Shown in pieces: positions 29,542-38,395 of a stretch of DNA of 64,000 bases. Position 1 is the stretch's first letter, and each line of letters starts with the position of its first letter. The notes below the pieces were generated by a model that saw nothing but the letters and a program-made list of their open reading frames with translations, did no database searches and had not been told where the DNA came from. This DNA is from Nitrospirota bacterium (GTDB lineage Bacteria; Nitrospirota; UBA9217): contig CAVWHO010000022.1 in assembly GCA_963754875.1 (NCBI GenBank), positions 152,985 through 216,984 of the forward strand, read 5' to 3'. A program made the translations under genes and the position numbers.

Positions 29542-30228
29542 ATGGGAAAACTATTGATACTGACTGCGTATGCAGTGTACGCGGCATTCTGGATACGCCT
29601 TTGTGCGCACATACTCGTTTGGTGGCGGGCCGTACGGCAGAGCACCGGGCCTGCATCCTCTGTCGCTCCCGTGCGCGGGAAGGCATGTGCGCTTGCGGCA
29701 GGGGACGTGCTTTTTTTTGGAAGGCTCTTCATGGTGAATCCCGCACTCTGGCTCGGTGAGTGGGTCTTCCATGCAAGCTTTCTCCTCGTGCTCGCGCGTC
29801 ATCTTCGTTTTTTTCTGAACCCGGTCCCTGCGTGGGTATGGTTTCTTCAGACGCCGGGCTTGCTCGCCGGATACATTCTTCCCCTCTCGCTCCTTTACAT
29901 CCTGGTCATCCGGCTTCTCACCAAGCAGGAAAAGTATGCATCTCCGGCGAACATGCTTCTTCTCGGCCTGGTCCTCGGCATCAGCACGATCGGTGTGCTT
30001 ATGCACGCGTTGTTCAAACCGGATCTCGTCGACGTGAAGCTGTTCATCTTCGGCATCATGAGCTTCTCACCGGCTGTTGTTCCCGGGAGCGTGCTGTTCC
30101 TGGTGCACTTCAGCCTGGTCCTCGTCCTCGTCTCCCTTCTCCCGTCGCACATTTTCACGGCGCCGATCATCATGCTGGAAGCGAGGAAGCGGGAGCAGGC
30201 GCTTCACCTGGTGATGCATGAAAAATAA
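29542..30228 (+). CDS. NarI/HdrE/DsrM-like membrane b-type cytochrome
   Basis: About five hydrophobic helices with four His (FHASF, RHLRF, VHFSL, SHIF); overlaps the downstream Fe-S gene; extended -10 TGgTACAAT at 29506-29514. Confidence 0.75.
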   Translation: MGKLLILTAYAVYAAFWIRLCAHILVWWRAVRQSTGPASSVAPVRGKACALAAGDVLFFGRLFMVNPALWLGEWVFHASFLLVLARHLRFFLNPVPAWVWFLQTPGLLAGYILPLSLLYILVIRLLTKQEKYASPANMLLLGLVLGISTIGVLMHALFKPDLVDVKLFIFGIMSFSPAVVPGSVLFLVHFSLVLVLVSLLPSHIFTAPIIMLEARKREQALHLVMHEK

Positions 30229-31420
30229 ACGCTCATTCGTCGAAGAACTCTCGCCGCGGCAGATCCTCGAAATCGACGCCTGCACCCAGTGCGGCGAATG
30301 CCTCAAACACTGCCCGGTGCAGGACGTGACCGGCAACCCGACCGTCTCGCCGCCGGAGAAGATCCGTATGTTCCGCGAGTTCATCCGTGCGACCGACGGC
30401 CTCAAAGCAAAGCTCTTCGGCCCCGGCGAGGCAGACCGGAAGATGCTGGAAGACTTCGCCAAGGCGGTCTATGAATGCACGACGTGCGGAGCCTGCGGTC
30501 AGAGCTGCACGGTCGGGATCTTTACCCAACGGCTCTGGCCTGCACTCAGAAAAGAGATGGTGAAGCGCGGCCTGGGGCCCATCGGCGTCCAGGCGAACCT
30601 ACCGAAGGCGATCATGAATTCGGGAAATCCCTATGACAAGCCTTCCGCTGACCGTTACAAACCCTGGTTTCCCGAGAACGTAAAGATCGCCGAACGCGCG
30701 GACATTGCCTATTACGCCGGATGTACCGGCGCGTACGAAGCACAGCCCATGGTCAAAGGCGACGTACTCGTCCTCAATGCCATCGGGGAGCCTTTTACCA
30801 TGCTGTCGCCGGAAGACGAGGTGTGCTGCGGTTTTCCGCTCTTCATTACGGGCCAGCACGACGAGCTCAAGGACCTCGTGACACGACTCGTAAACGGATA
30901 TAAAGCAAAAGGGGTCAAGGTGCTCGTCTGCTCCTGTCCCTGCTGTGTGAATATCATGTCCCGGGACTGGCCCCTGTTCTATGGCGAAGCGCTTCCGTTC
31001 AAAATCCGGCACATCACGCAATACGTCTCGGACGCCGTGCAAAAAGGAAAGTTGCGCCTGAACAAGGAGCTGCACGAGTCCGTGATCTATCACGACCCGT
31101 GCTATCTTTCCCGTGGTGTGGGCGTGATTGAGGAGCCGCGCGCAGTGCTCAGGAGCATCCCTGGCATCACGGTCCTCGAGTTCGAGCGGCACGGCTTGAA
31201 CTCCCGGTGCTGCGGTTCCGGCGGTGCAGCGAGAAAAGTATTTCATGAAAACGCCATCGCCATGGGCAGGCAGACAATCGACGAGGCTGTGGCGAAAAAA
31301 GCGGACCGCTTGATTCTGAGCTGTCCCGCGTGCTATGCTAAAGTAAACGAAGCAATGAAGGGCCACACGAACCAGATACGGATCACGGACATCATGGAGC
31401 TGGTCAGCGGGTTGATTTAA
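30218..31420 (+). CDS. HdrD/GlpC-like Fe-S oxidoreductase (2x[4Fe-4S] + 2 CCG domains)
   Basis: CTQCGECLKHCP, CTTCGACGQSC, YYAGC..VCCG..SCPCC, YHDPC..RCCG..SCPAC. Confidence 0.9.
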   Translation: MKNKRSFVEELSPRQILEIDACTQCGECLKHCPVQDVTGNPTVSPPEKIRMFREFIRATDGLKAKLFGPGEADRKMLEDFAKAVYECTTCGACGQSCTVGIFTQRLWPALRKEMVKRGLGPIGVQANLPKAIMNSGNPYDKPSADRYKPWFPENVKIAERADIAYYAGCTGAYEAQPMVKGDVLVLNAIGEPFTMLSPEDEVCCGFPLFITGQHDELKDLVTRLVNGYKAKGVKVLVCSCPCCVNIMSRDWPLFYGEALPFKIRHITQYVSDAVQKGKLRLNKELHESVIYHDPCYLSRGVGVIEEPRAVLRSIPGITVLEFERHGLNSRCCGSGGAARKVFHENAIAMGRQTIDEAVAKKADRLILSCPACYAKVNEAMKGHTNQIRITDIMELVSGLI

Positions 31421-31424
31421 GATC

Positions 31425-31558
31425 GTAACCACTGGAGCTGCGCTCACACGGGGCTTCGCCGCACGGGAAAGCAAATCGGACTTAAGGTTCTTTTATCTTA
31501 AAGACTAAGTTTTTTCTGTGTGCGCGGCAAAACCGCACCCGTGTTCATCTGTGGTTAC
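31425..31558. repeat. ~134-bp imperfect inverted-repeat element (REP/MITE-like)
   Basis: Terminal GTAACCAC...GTGGTTAC with inner pairings acacggg/cccgtgt and gccgc/gcggc. Confidence 0.6.
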
Positions 31559-31588
31559 TAAATCGTTTTGGACGTTAGGTGAGAAATT

Positions 31589-32845
31589 ATGAGCCATTTT
31601 TCCATTCAATGCAGGAACTGCGGAAAGGTCCTCGAGAACGCGTACTGCGCTTACTGCGAACACTGCAAGGATTCGCTCCTGGTCACGCGCTACAGCGATA
31701 CCCGGTTTGCTGAAAGTACGGCAGAGGGCGTCTGGAGATTTAACTGGCTTCCGGTCCACGAGCCGAAGATCTCCCAGCCCGGGCCTGTGGTCTACCGGTC
31801 AGAAGGTCTGGCGCGCGAGGTCGGGCTCGAAAACCTGCATATCGCCTTCAACGGATACTGGCCGGAGAAGGGCGCGTTCCTCGAAACCTGCACGTTTAAG
31901 GAGTTCGAGGCCGCGATCGTACTCCAGAATGCCCGCGAGAGCGGCATGGAAGGCCTTATCGTTGCGTCGGCAGGGAACACGGCCCGTGCCTTTTCGCACC
32001 TCTCCGCAGTCACCGGCTTCCCGGTCGTGATCGTGGTGCCGCGCATGTGCCTTACCGAAATGTGGTATCTCGAAGACTCTTCTATCGTGCCCACGCTTGC
32101 CGTGGGTGACGGCGACTATGCGGACTCCATCGACGTTGCCAAGAAGGTCGCCATGGCCGTGGGGTTCCCCTTCGAAGGCGGCGTGAAAAACATCGCAAAG
32201 CGCGACGGCCTCGGCATCGTCATGCTCGAAGCGGTTTCCAAAATAGGAAAACTTCCTGACCATTACGTACAGGCCGTGGGCAGCGGTACCGGCGCTGTCG
32301 GAGGCTGGGAGATGGCCGAGCGGTTCGTCAAAGACGGACGGTACGGCTCTAAGCTCCCGGTCCTGCACCTCGGACAGAACCTGCCCTTCGCTCCCATGGT
32401 CCATGCCTGGGAAAAAGGCAGCAGGACACTCTTTCCAGAGGACCTGAATCCGGAGCTCATCTCTCGTATAACGACGAAAGTTCTCTCCACTCGCTACCCT
32501 GCGTATTCTGTCAAGGGAGGCGTGTTCGATGCGCTGACCGCGACCAAAGGATCCATGTACGGTATCGAAAACGACGAAGTCTACGCAGCTATGGATGCAT
32601 TCCACAAAGCAGAGGGAATAGATATCGTTCCTGCTTCGGGCGTGGCCGTTGCCACACTGAAGGCGGCAGTAAACAAAGGCTCAATCAAGAGCAACGATAC
32701 GGTCCTGCTGAACATTACCGGCGGCGGTGAAACGCGGTTGCGGAAGGACAAAAAAACTTACTTCGTCGTGCCCAAGTTCATTTCCAAGAAGGTGACGGAG
32801 AAAGAGATCGAGGAGCTGCTGTGCCACGTCCTGAAGAAGAGCTGA
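31589..32845 (+). CDS. Cysteate synthase (PLP-dependent, threonine-synthase-like)
   Basis: N-terminal CxxC, 'FNGYWPEKGA', PLP-Lys in TCTFKEFEA, ASAGNTARAF, EGGVKN..KRDGLG, QAVGSGTG, LLNITGGG. Confidence 0.88.
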   Translation: MSHFSIQCRNCGKVLENAYCAYCEHCKDSLLVTRYSDTRFAESTAEGVWRFNWLPVHEPKISQPGPVVYRSEGLAREVGLENLHIAFNGYWPEKGAFLETCTFKEFEAAIVLQNARESGMEGLIVASAGNTARAFSHLSAVTGFPVVIVVPRMCLTEMWYLEDSSIVPTLAVGDGDYADSIDVAKKVAMAVGFPFEGGVKNIAKRDGLGIVMLEAVSKIGKLPDHYVQAVGSGTGAVGGWEMAERFVKDGRYGSKLPVLHLGQNLPFAPMVHAWEKGSRTLFPEDLNPELISRITTKVLSTRYPAYSVKGGVFDALTATKGSMYGIENDEVYAAMDAFHKAEGIDIVPASGVAVATLKAAVNKGSIKSNDTVLLNITGGGETRLRKDKKTYFVVPKFISKKVTEKEIEELLCHVLKKS

Positions 32846-33945
32846 TAGCCATACTCAAAAAGCACGGCGTGGACTTCACTGCCACGCTGCCCTGCGAGAA
32901 GTTCAAGACTCTTCTCGAGATGGTCGCTCATGACTTCACCCACGTACCCCTTACGCGGGAAGAGGAAGGCGTCGGCATATGCGCCGGCGCAGCGCTCGCC
33001 GGCAAACGGCCGGCAATGTTCGTCCAGAGCTCGGGCATCGGAAACATGATCAACGCCCTGCTTTCGCTCACGCAGTTCTACGAACTTCCGCTCGCATTGT
33101 TCGTCAGCCGCAGAGGAATTTACCAGGAAAAAATCGAGGCCCAGTTCCCGATGGGACAGCGCCTTCCGGGGATACTTTCAGGCGCTGGAATTTCCTATTC
33201 AGAAATAAACAGCAGCCAAGATTTCGCTACCGTAGGCAACGAACTGGGGGAAGTTTTTAAGACCAATAAGATTCATGCGTTCCTCCTGAGCCCGGCAGTG
33301 TGGGTTGGGTCAGAATGCAAAGGAACGAGAACACAGTGTAAAGTGCAGGAAAGAGCTGCGGAAGGAACAATGCGTAAGACCGGTATGCCGGAGTTCACGC
33401 GCTACGATGTCATCAGGATCATCGCACCGTACCTCGAAGGCAAGGCCGTTGTGAGCAATCTCGGCTGGCCGTCAAAAGAGCTCTATGCGCTCAAGCACCT
33501 ACCTTCAAACTTCTACATGCTTGGGAGCATGGGCATGGCCACGCCTGTCGGACTCGGCATTGCACTGACGTCGCCAAAGGACATTGTCGTGATCGACGGC
33601 GACGGCAGCCTGCTCATGAATCCCGGCACTCTTGCCACAGCGGCCTATGCCAATCCGAAGAATCTGACGATTATCGCGATCGACAACGGCGCCTACGGGT
33701 CAACGGGAAACCAGCCTACTTTCGCGGCCTCCTGCGTTGATCTGGAACAGGTGGCTGGGGGATTTGGGTTTAGGCACACGTTGAAGGTGTCAACGGAAAA
33801 GGAATTAACAGAGGTAATGAAGCAGCAGCGGCAGGGTCCCGCCTTTATTCACGTTCTCGCCATTCCGGGAAACAAAGACGTGCCGAACATTCCGGTCCCT
33901 CACCTTGAGATTAAAAAGCAGGTGCAGAAGTTTTTGAAAAGGTAG
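32821..33945 (+). CDS. comDE: Fused sulfopyruvate decarboxylase ComDE
   Basis: ComD half LPC..TREEEGVGICAGA..QSSGIGNMINAL; ComE half NFYMLGSMG, TPP motif DGDGSLLMN...DNGAYGSTG; overlaps cysteate synthase. Confidence 0.88.
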   Translation: MPRPEEELIAILKKHGVDFTATLPCEKFKTLLEMVAHDFTHVPLTREEEGVGICAGAALAGKRPAMFVQSSGIGNMINALLSLTQFYELPLALFVSRRGIYQEKIEAQFPMGQRLPGILSGAGISYSEINSSQDFATVGNELGEVFKTNKIHAFLLSPAVWVGSECKGTRTQCKVQERAAEGTMRKTGMPEFTRYDVIRIIAPYLEGKAVVSNLGWPSKELYALKHLPSNFYMLGSMGMATPVGLGIALTSPKDIVVIDGDGSLLMNPGTLATAAYANPKNLTIIAIDNGAYGSTGNQPTFAASCVDLEQVAGGFGFRHTLKVSTEKELTEVMKQQRQGPAFIHVLAIPGNKDVPNIPVPHLEIKKQVQKFLKR

Positions 33946-34076
33946 CGTGGTTCCGCCCGACTATGCTAAGGGAGTAAAAACAAAATATTGAGAAGAAAAA
34001 AAATACCTATATACGCATTTTGGGGTGTTAGACCGCCAGCAAATGTTATTCCATGCACCATCGCGAGGAGGAGTAT

Positions 34077-34679
34077 TTACAACTTCCCGGTCTTCTGATA
34101 TTCCTGAACATAAAGCTTGATCGCCCTCAAGATCATCCAGTCCACCGTAACACTATTGTCCTTTGCTATCTGGACCATTGCGTCGATAAGGTCCTTATCG
34201 ATCGTGGGCATGCCGGACGCCTGCGATTGTGGTTGAGCAGCCTCTTCGCTCATACCGAGCTCTGCTCCGGGAGTCCGCTTGAGATATTCCCGCCGAAGAA
34301 TTTTCTTGAGGCCCTTGACATCTCCGCTCTCGATTGCCTTTCGCACATCCTCAGGCACTTCCGGCGACATCTGCTCCGCAGCCTTTTGCTCGGAGGACAC
34401 AGTCTGCTGCTGCTCCTCCTGTGCAGGAGACGGCGGGGTTGTTTGGCCCCCCATGGGCATCATCCCCGTCATCCCCATCATCATGGATGCCAGGTTCTTC
34501 GCATATTCATTGTCCGGCATTTCCCGCTTCAGAAACTCATCAAGCTTTCCTTCTGCCATGGCCGCGGCCATGCTGTCTGCCGTCAGTCCGCCCTGATCCT
34601 CAGATTGTTCCGAAGACCTCTTTCTCCCGAATGGCGTGTTCGGCGGCGTTGGAAGCGGTTTTTCTTTTTTCATGGTCAT
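34077..34679 (-). CDS. Hypothetical protein with possible C-terminal ribbon-helix-helix domain
   Basis: Long ORF with SD-like CAGGA; C-terminus IDKDLIDAMVQIAKDNSVTVDWMILRAIKLY resembles RHH. Confidence 0.6.
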   Translation of the reverse strand: MTMKKEKPLPTPPNTPFGRKRSSEQSEDQGGLTADSMAAAMAEGKLDEFLKREMPDNEYAKNLASMMMGMTGMMPMGGQTTPPSPAQEEQQQTVSSEQKAAEQMSPEVPEDVRKAIESGDVKGLKKILRREYLKRTPGAELGMSEEAAQPQSQASGMPTIDKDLIDAMVQIAKDNSVTVDWMILRAIKLYVQEYQKTGKL

Positions 34680-34841
34680 TCCTGCTTTCTGTGGGCTGTT
34701 TTAAATTTATACGCATACTCGTAGGAAATCGGTGCTGCCACGCGCGCCTCCTCTTTCACCTTCCCGGGAATACAATATCTCACGGTCTTGACGTTGTCAA
34801 GACCTGTCGTAGCGAACATTCGTACAGCATCGGAGCCGCCG

Positions 34842-34876
34842 CATACCCCTTTTTTACCATACCCCTTTTTTACCAT
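34842..34876. repeat. 16-bp perfect tandem direct repeat (CATACCCCTTTTTTAC x2)
   Basis: Seen directly in the divergent intergenic region. Confidence 0.8.
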
Positions 34877-34961
34877 TGAAGTTACAAAAGAGAAGGGGTA
34901 CATTATGGGACGCTTTTTCATTCCTGCACGACACAGGACACCCAGTACAAAGGAGAACAGA

Positions 34962-35390
34962 ATGACTCAAGCCAAACAGGGAGATACCGTCAACGTACAT
35001 TATACCGGCAAATTGGGTGATGGGACCGTCTTCGACACGTCCCGGAGCCGGCACCCTCTCCAATTCACAATCGGCAAGGGACAGGTTATCGTCGGGTTCG
35101 AGCAGGCCGTCGGCGGCATGAACACCGGGGAATCCAAGACCGTAATTATCCCCATGGACAATGCATACGGCCCGCGCCGCGAGGAAATGATCATTACCAT
35201 GGAACGGAGCAAGCTTCCTGCTGACCTGGTCCCGAAAGTCGGCCAGCGCCTCGAGCTTACCCAGATGGACGACCAGAACATCCTGGTCACGGTCACGGCT
35301 GTCACGGATTCCATGTTGACCCTTGATGCCAACCACCCTCTTTCCGGAAAAGACCTTGCCTTCGACATCGAACTGGTCGGGATCGTATAA
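34962..35390 (+). CDS. slyD: FKBP-type peptidyl-prolyl isomerase, short SlyD-like (no His tail)
   Basis: VHYTGKL.DGTVFDTS, AYG, LDANHPLSGKDLAFDIEL. Confidence 0.9.
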   Translation: MTQAKQGDTVNVHYTGKLGDGTVFDTSRSRHPLQFTIGKGQVIVGFEQAVGGMNTGESKTVIIPMDNAYGPRREEMIITMERSKLPADLVPKVGQRLELTQMDDQNILVTVTAVTDSMLTLDANHPLSGKDLAFDIELVGIV

Positions 35391-35627
35391 CCTGTCTGTG
35401 TAATGTCATACTTGAGTATGCATTCCAAAGTCCAATGAATGCAGGATCAACGGTCGTGTTTTCCGGAGATTTCATTTCTCACGCAGACCGGTCGGATGTG
35501 CACTTTTTCTGATCCCCTCGTAGCATGACTGGTTGTCTTGAAAAAGAGTTTCTCTTTCCCCTGGATGGTGGTACTATTATTTCAGACAGGGTGGCACGTC
35601 GCCCTGCCGATCCGGGCTAGTGAAACA

Positions 35628-37737
35628 ATGAAGCTCTTTTTGAAACACCGGGCGATCCGCATAATTCTACCGTATGTTCTCTTTGGAAGCCTGTGGATCG
35701 CTGCATCGGACCGAGTGCTCGAGATTTTTGCTCCCGATATCCATGCCCTGACCATCCTGCAGACCTATAAAGGATGGTTTTTTGTTGCAGCAAGCTCCGC
35801 CCTCCTGTTACTCGTCTTGCGCCGTGAATTTCAGATCCGCAACCGCGCGGAAGCGGCACTCAGCGAATCCGAAGAAAAATACCGTCTTCTGATGCATAAT
35901 GCCAACGACGGCATCGTCCTGGCCGACGCCGAGAGCGGTCTCATCCTGAATGTGAACCGGAAAATCGAGGAGCTCGCGAACGTCCCCGAGGACCAGCTTG
36001 TCGGCAGGCACATCTCAACGCTCCACCCTGCAGCGGACAGCGGCCGGTGCCAGAGACTGTTTAGAGAGGTCGTCGAGAAACACAGCTCCCTTTCGAATGA
36101 TCTCTGCATCCTCCATCACAACGGCGACGACCGCAACATTCCCGTTGAAGTCAATGCGAACCTCATCGAGATCAACGGGAAAAAAATCATCCAGGGCATT
36201 TTCCGGGACATTGCCCAGCGCACTGCGGCCGAAGAAGCGCGGCGCAGGGAAAAGGAACGGGCCGAGCGGTACCTCGACGTTGCAGGGGTCATCCTCCGCG
36301 TCCTCGATCCCGCGGGCACCGTGACCCTCATCAACAGGAAGGGCAGCGAGATCCTGGGATACGGGGAGGAAGAGATCATCGGGAAGAACTGGTTTGATCA
36401 TTTCGTCCCGGACCGGCATGAGAAATGAAGTACGGTCAATCTTCTCCCGGTTCATCACCGGGGAGCTTGTGCCCGTTGAATATTATGAAAACCCCGTTGT
36501 TACCAGAAACGGCGAGGAAAGGACCATCGCCTGGCACAACACGCTGATCAGGGACGAGCAGGGCCGGATCGTCGCGACACTCAGCTCCGGCGAAGACGTC
36601 ACCGCACGGAAGCGGGCGGAGAACCAGGCCCGGTACCGGCTTGAACATCTCGTCGCGCTCCATGCCATCGATCTCATCATCAGCTCGAGCCTCGATCTCC
36701 GCGTGACGCTCGAGGAGTTCCTCGATCTGGTCATCTCGCAGCTCCGGGTCGACGCAGCCGACGTGCTCCTGCTGAGCCCCCATACCCAGACGCTCGAATT
36801 CGCCGCCATGGAGGGCTTCCGCGACTCGCGGATCAGACACTCGCGCTTGAGGCTCGGCGAGGGTCTGGCCGGGCAGGCAGCTCTCGAACAGCACAGCATA
36901 CAGATAGCGGACCTCCGGGCACCCAACAGCGGCTATGTCCGGGCTCCACTCCTCGAACAGGAGGAATTCGTCGCCTATATCGTCGTGCCGCTCATTGCCA
37001 AGGGACAGGTAAAGGGCGTGCTCGAGATACTGCACCGCTCGCCCCTGGACTTCGACGAAGAGTGGATGAGCTTTCTCGAGGCCCTTGCCTCGCAGGCAGC
37101 CATCGCCATCGACAACGCAACGCTATTCAATGATCTCCAGCATTCAAACGCTGAACTGGTTCTCGCGTATGATACGACGATCGCGGGATGGGCGCGCGCG
37201 CTTGAGCTGCGCGATCAGGAAACGGAAGGCCATACCCAGCGCGCCATGGAAATGACGCTCCAGATTGCCCGGGTCCTGGAAGTGAGCGAAGCCGAGCTGG
37301 TGCACATCCGGCGCGGGTCACTGCTCCATGACATCGGCAAAATGAGCATTCCCGACAGCATCCTGCTCAAGACCGGGCCGCTCACGGACGAGGAGTGGAC
37401 GATCATGCGCCGCCATCCGGTCTATGCCTTCGAGCTTCTCTCGCCGATCACCTACCTCAAGCCCGCGCTCGACATTCCTTACTGCCATCATGAGCGCTGG
37501 GACGGCACGGGTTATCCCCGGGGGCTCAAAGGCGAACAGATCCCCCTGGCGGCACGCATCTTCGCCCTTGCCGATACCTGGGATGCGCTCTACTCGGAGC
37601 GGCGCTACCACGCCGCCTGGTCGGAAGAGCGGGTGCGGGCGTATATCCGCTCCCTCGCCGGCTCACAATTCGATCCAAAGATCGTCGAAGTGTTCCTCGG
37701 AATGGAACAACTGATGAAAGAGCAGGTAACGACGTGA
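35628..37737 (+). CDS. Membrane PAS-PAS-GAF HD-GYP c-di-GMP phosphodiesterase; +1 frameshift at ~36414
   Basis: N-terminal TM helices; the second PAS domain is split between ORFs 35538-36428 and 36394-37737; LLHDIGK and HHERWDGTGYP. Confidence 0.88.
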
Positions 37738-37825
37738 GAATTGTCGAGGGGGGAATCGAGGAAGGTAAGATTTTCGTGAATGCGGTTCTGTAGATCCGGA
37801 GCTACGACCAATGCCGGCGTTCCGG

Positions 37826-38326
37826 TCAGTAACTCCCGCCCAGTGACAGGATCACAAAGTTTTCACCGGTGTTCGGGCCGGGCCAGTGGAACAAAAACTT
37901 TGCATCTGAATAATGAATCCAACCAAGGGAAAAGAGCACACCGCCCAATCGCTTTTCATACACGAGGCATCCGTAGAATTCATAGGGCTGACCTAAGTTT
38001 GCCGTCGTTCCATCGATGCGGCTGAATCCCGCAGTCAGACTCACGGAATCATTTTCATTCCGCTCCCACCGAAGGCCTCGCGCCAGGTTGAGGGCCAGAT
38101 TCTGATTGCGTCCGGTCCAGGCCGAATAGGACACTTCATAAAAACTTTCTTCGTTGAATAAAACCGGCGCCGCAAACTGGTAACCGCCTATGAGTAGTTC
38201 CGTATTGTGAGAAAAATAGAATCCTTCACCGCCTGCAACAAATACCCCCCCGGCCGCGGCACTTCCCGGCAGCAGGGAAAAGAGGGTGATTGTAACAAAG
38301 AGTATACTTCCCATCTTCCTGTTCAT
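37826..38326 (-). CDS. PagL-like (acyloxyacyl hydrolase) outer-membrane beta-barrel
   Basis: Signal peptide; C-terminal HYSDA....PNTGEN motif and terminal aromatic residue. Confidence 0.65.
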   Translation of the reverse strand: MNRKMGSILFVTITLFSLLPGSAAAGGVFVAGGEGFYFSHNTELLIGGYQFAAPVLFNEESFYEVSYSAWTGRNQNLALNLARGLRWERNENDSVSLTAGFSRIDGTTANLGQPYEFYGCLVYEKRLGGVLFSLGWIHYSDAKFLFHWPGPNTGENFVILSLGGSY

Positions 38327-38395
38327 AGAAGAAAGTATAGCGCAAAAAGAGGGGCGCCTGCACTCCCCGCGTCCTGCCGGACGCGGGGAATTTTT

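Noticed and set aside
32821..33945. Phosphonopyruvate decarboxylase or phosphonate biosynthesis
   Set aside because: No PEP mutase in the window; the gene overlaps cysteate synthase and has ComD/ComE-type motifs
21189..33945. Methanogenesis or archaeal contamination
   Set aside because: No mcr or mtrA-G genes; the flanks are bacterial core genes and the same repeat families occur inside and outside the cluster
35593..35610. Sigma54 promoter before the HD-GYP gene (TGGCACGTCGCCCTGC)
   Set aside because: GG-to-GC spacing is 11 nt rather than the strict 10
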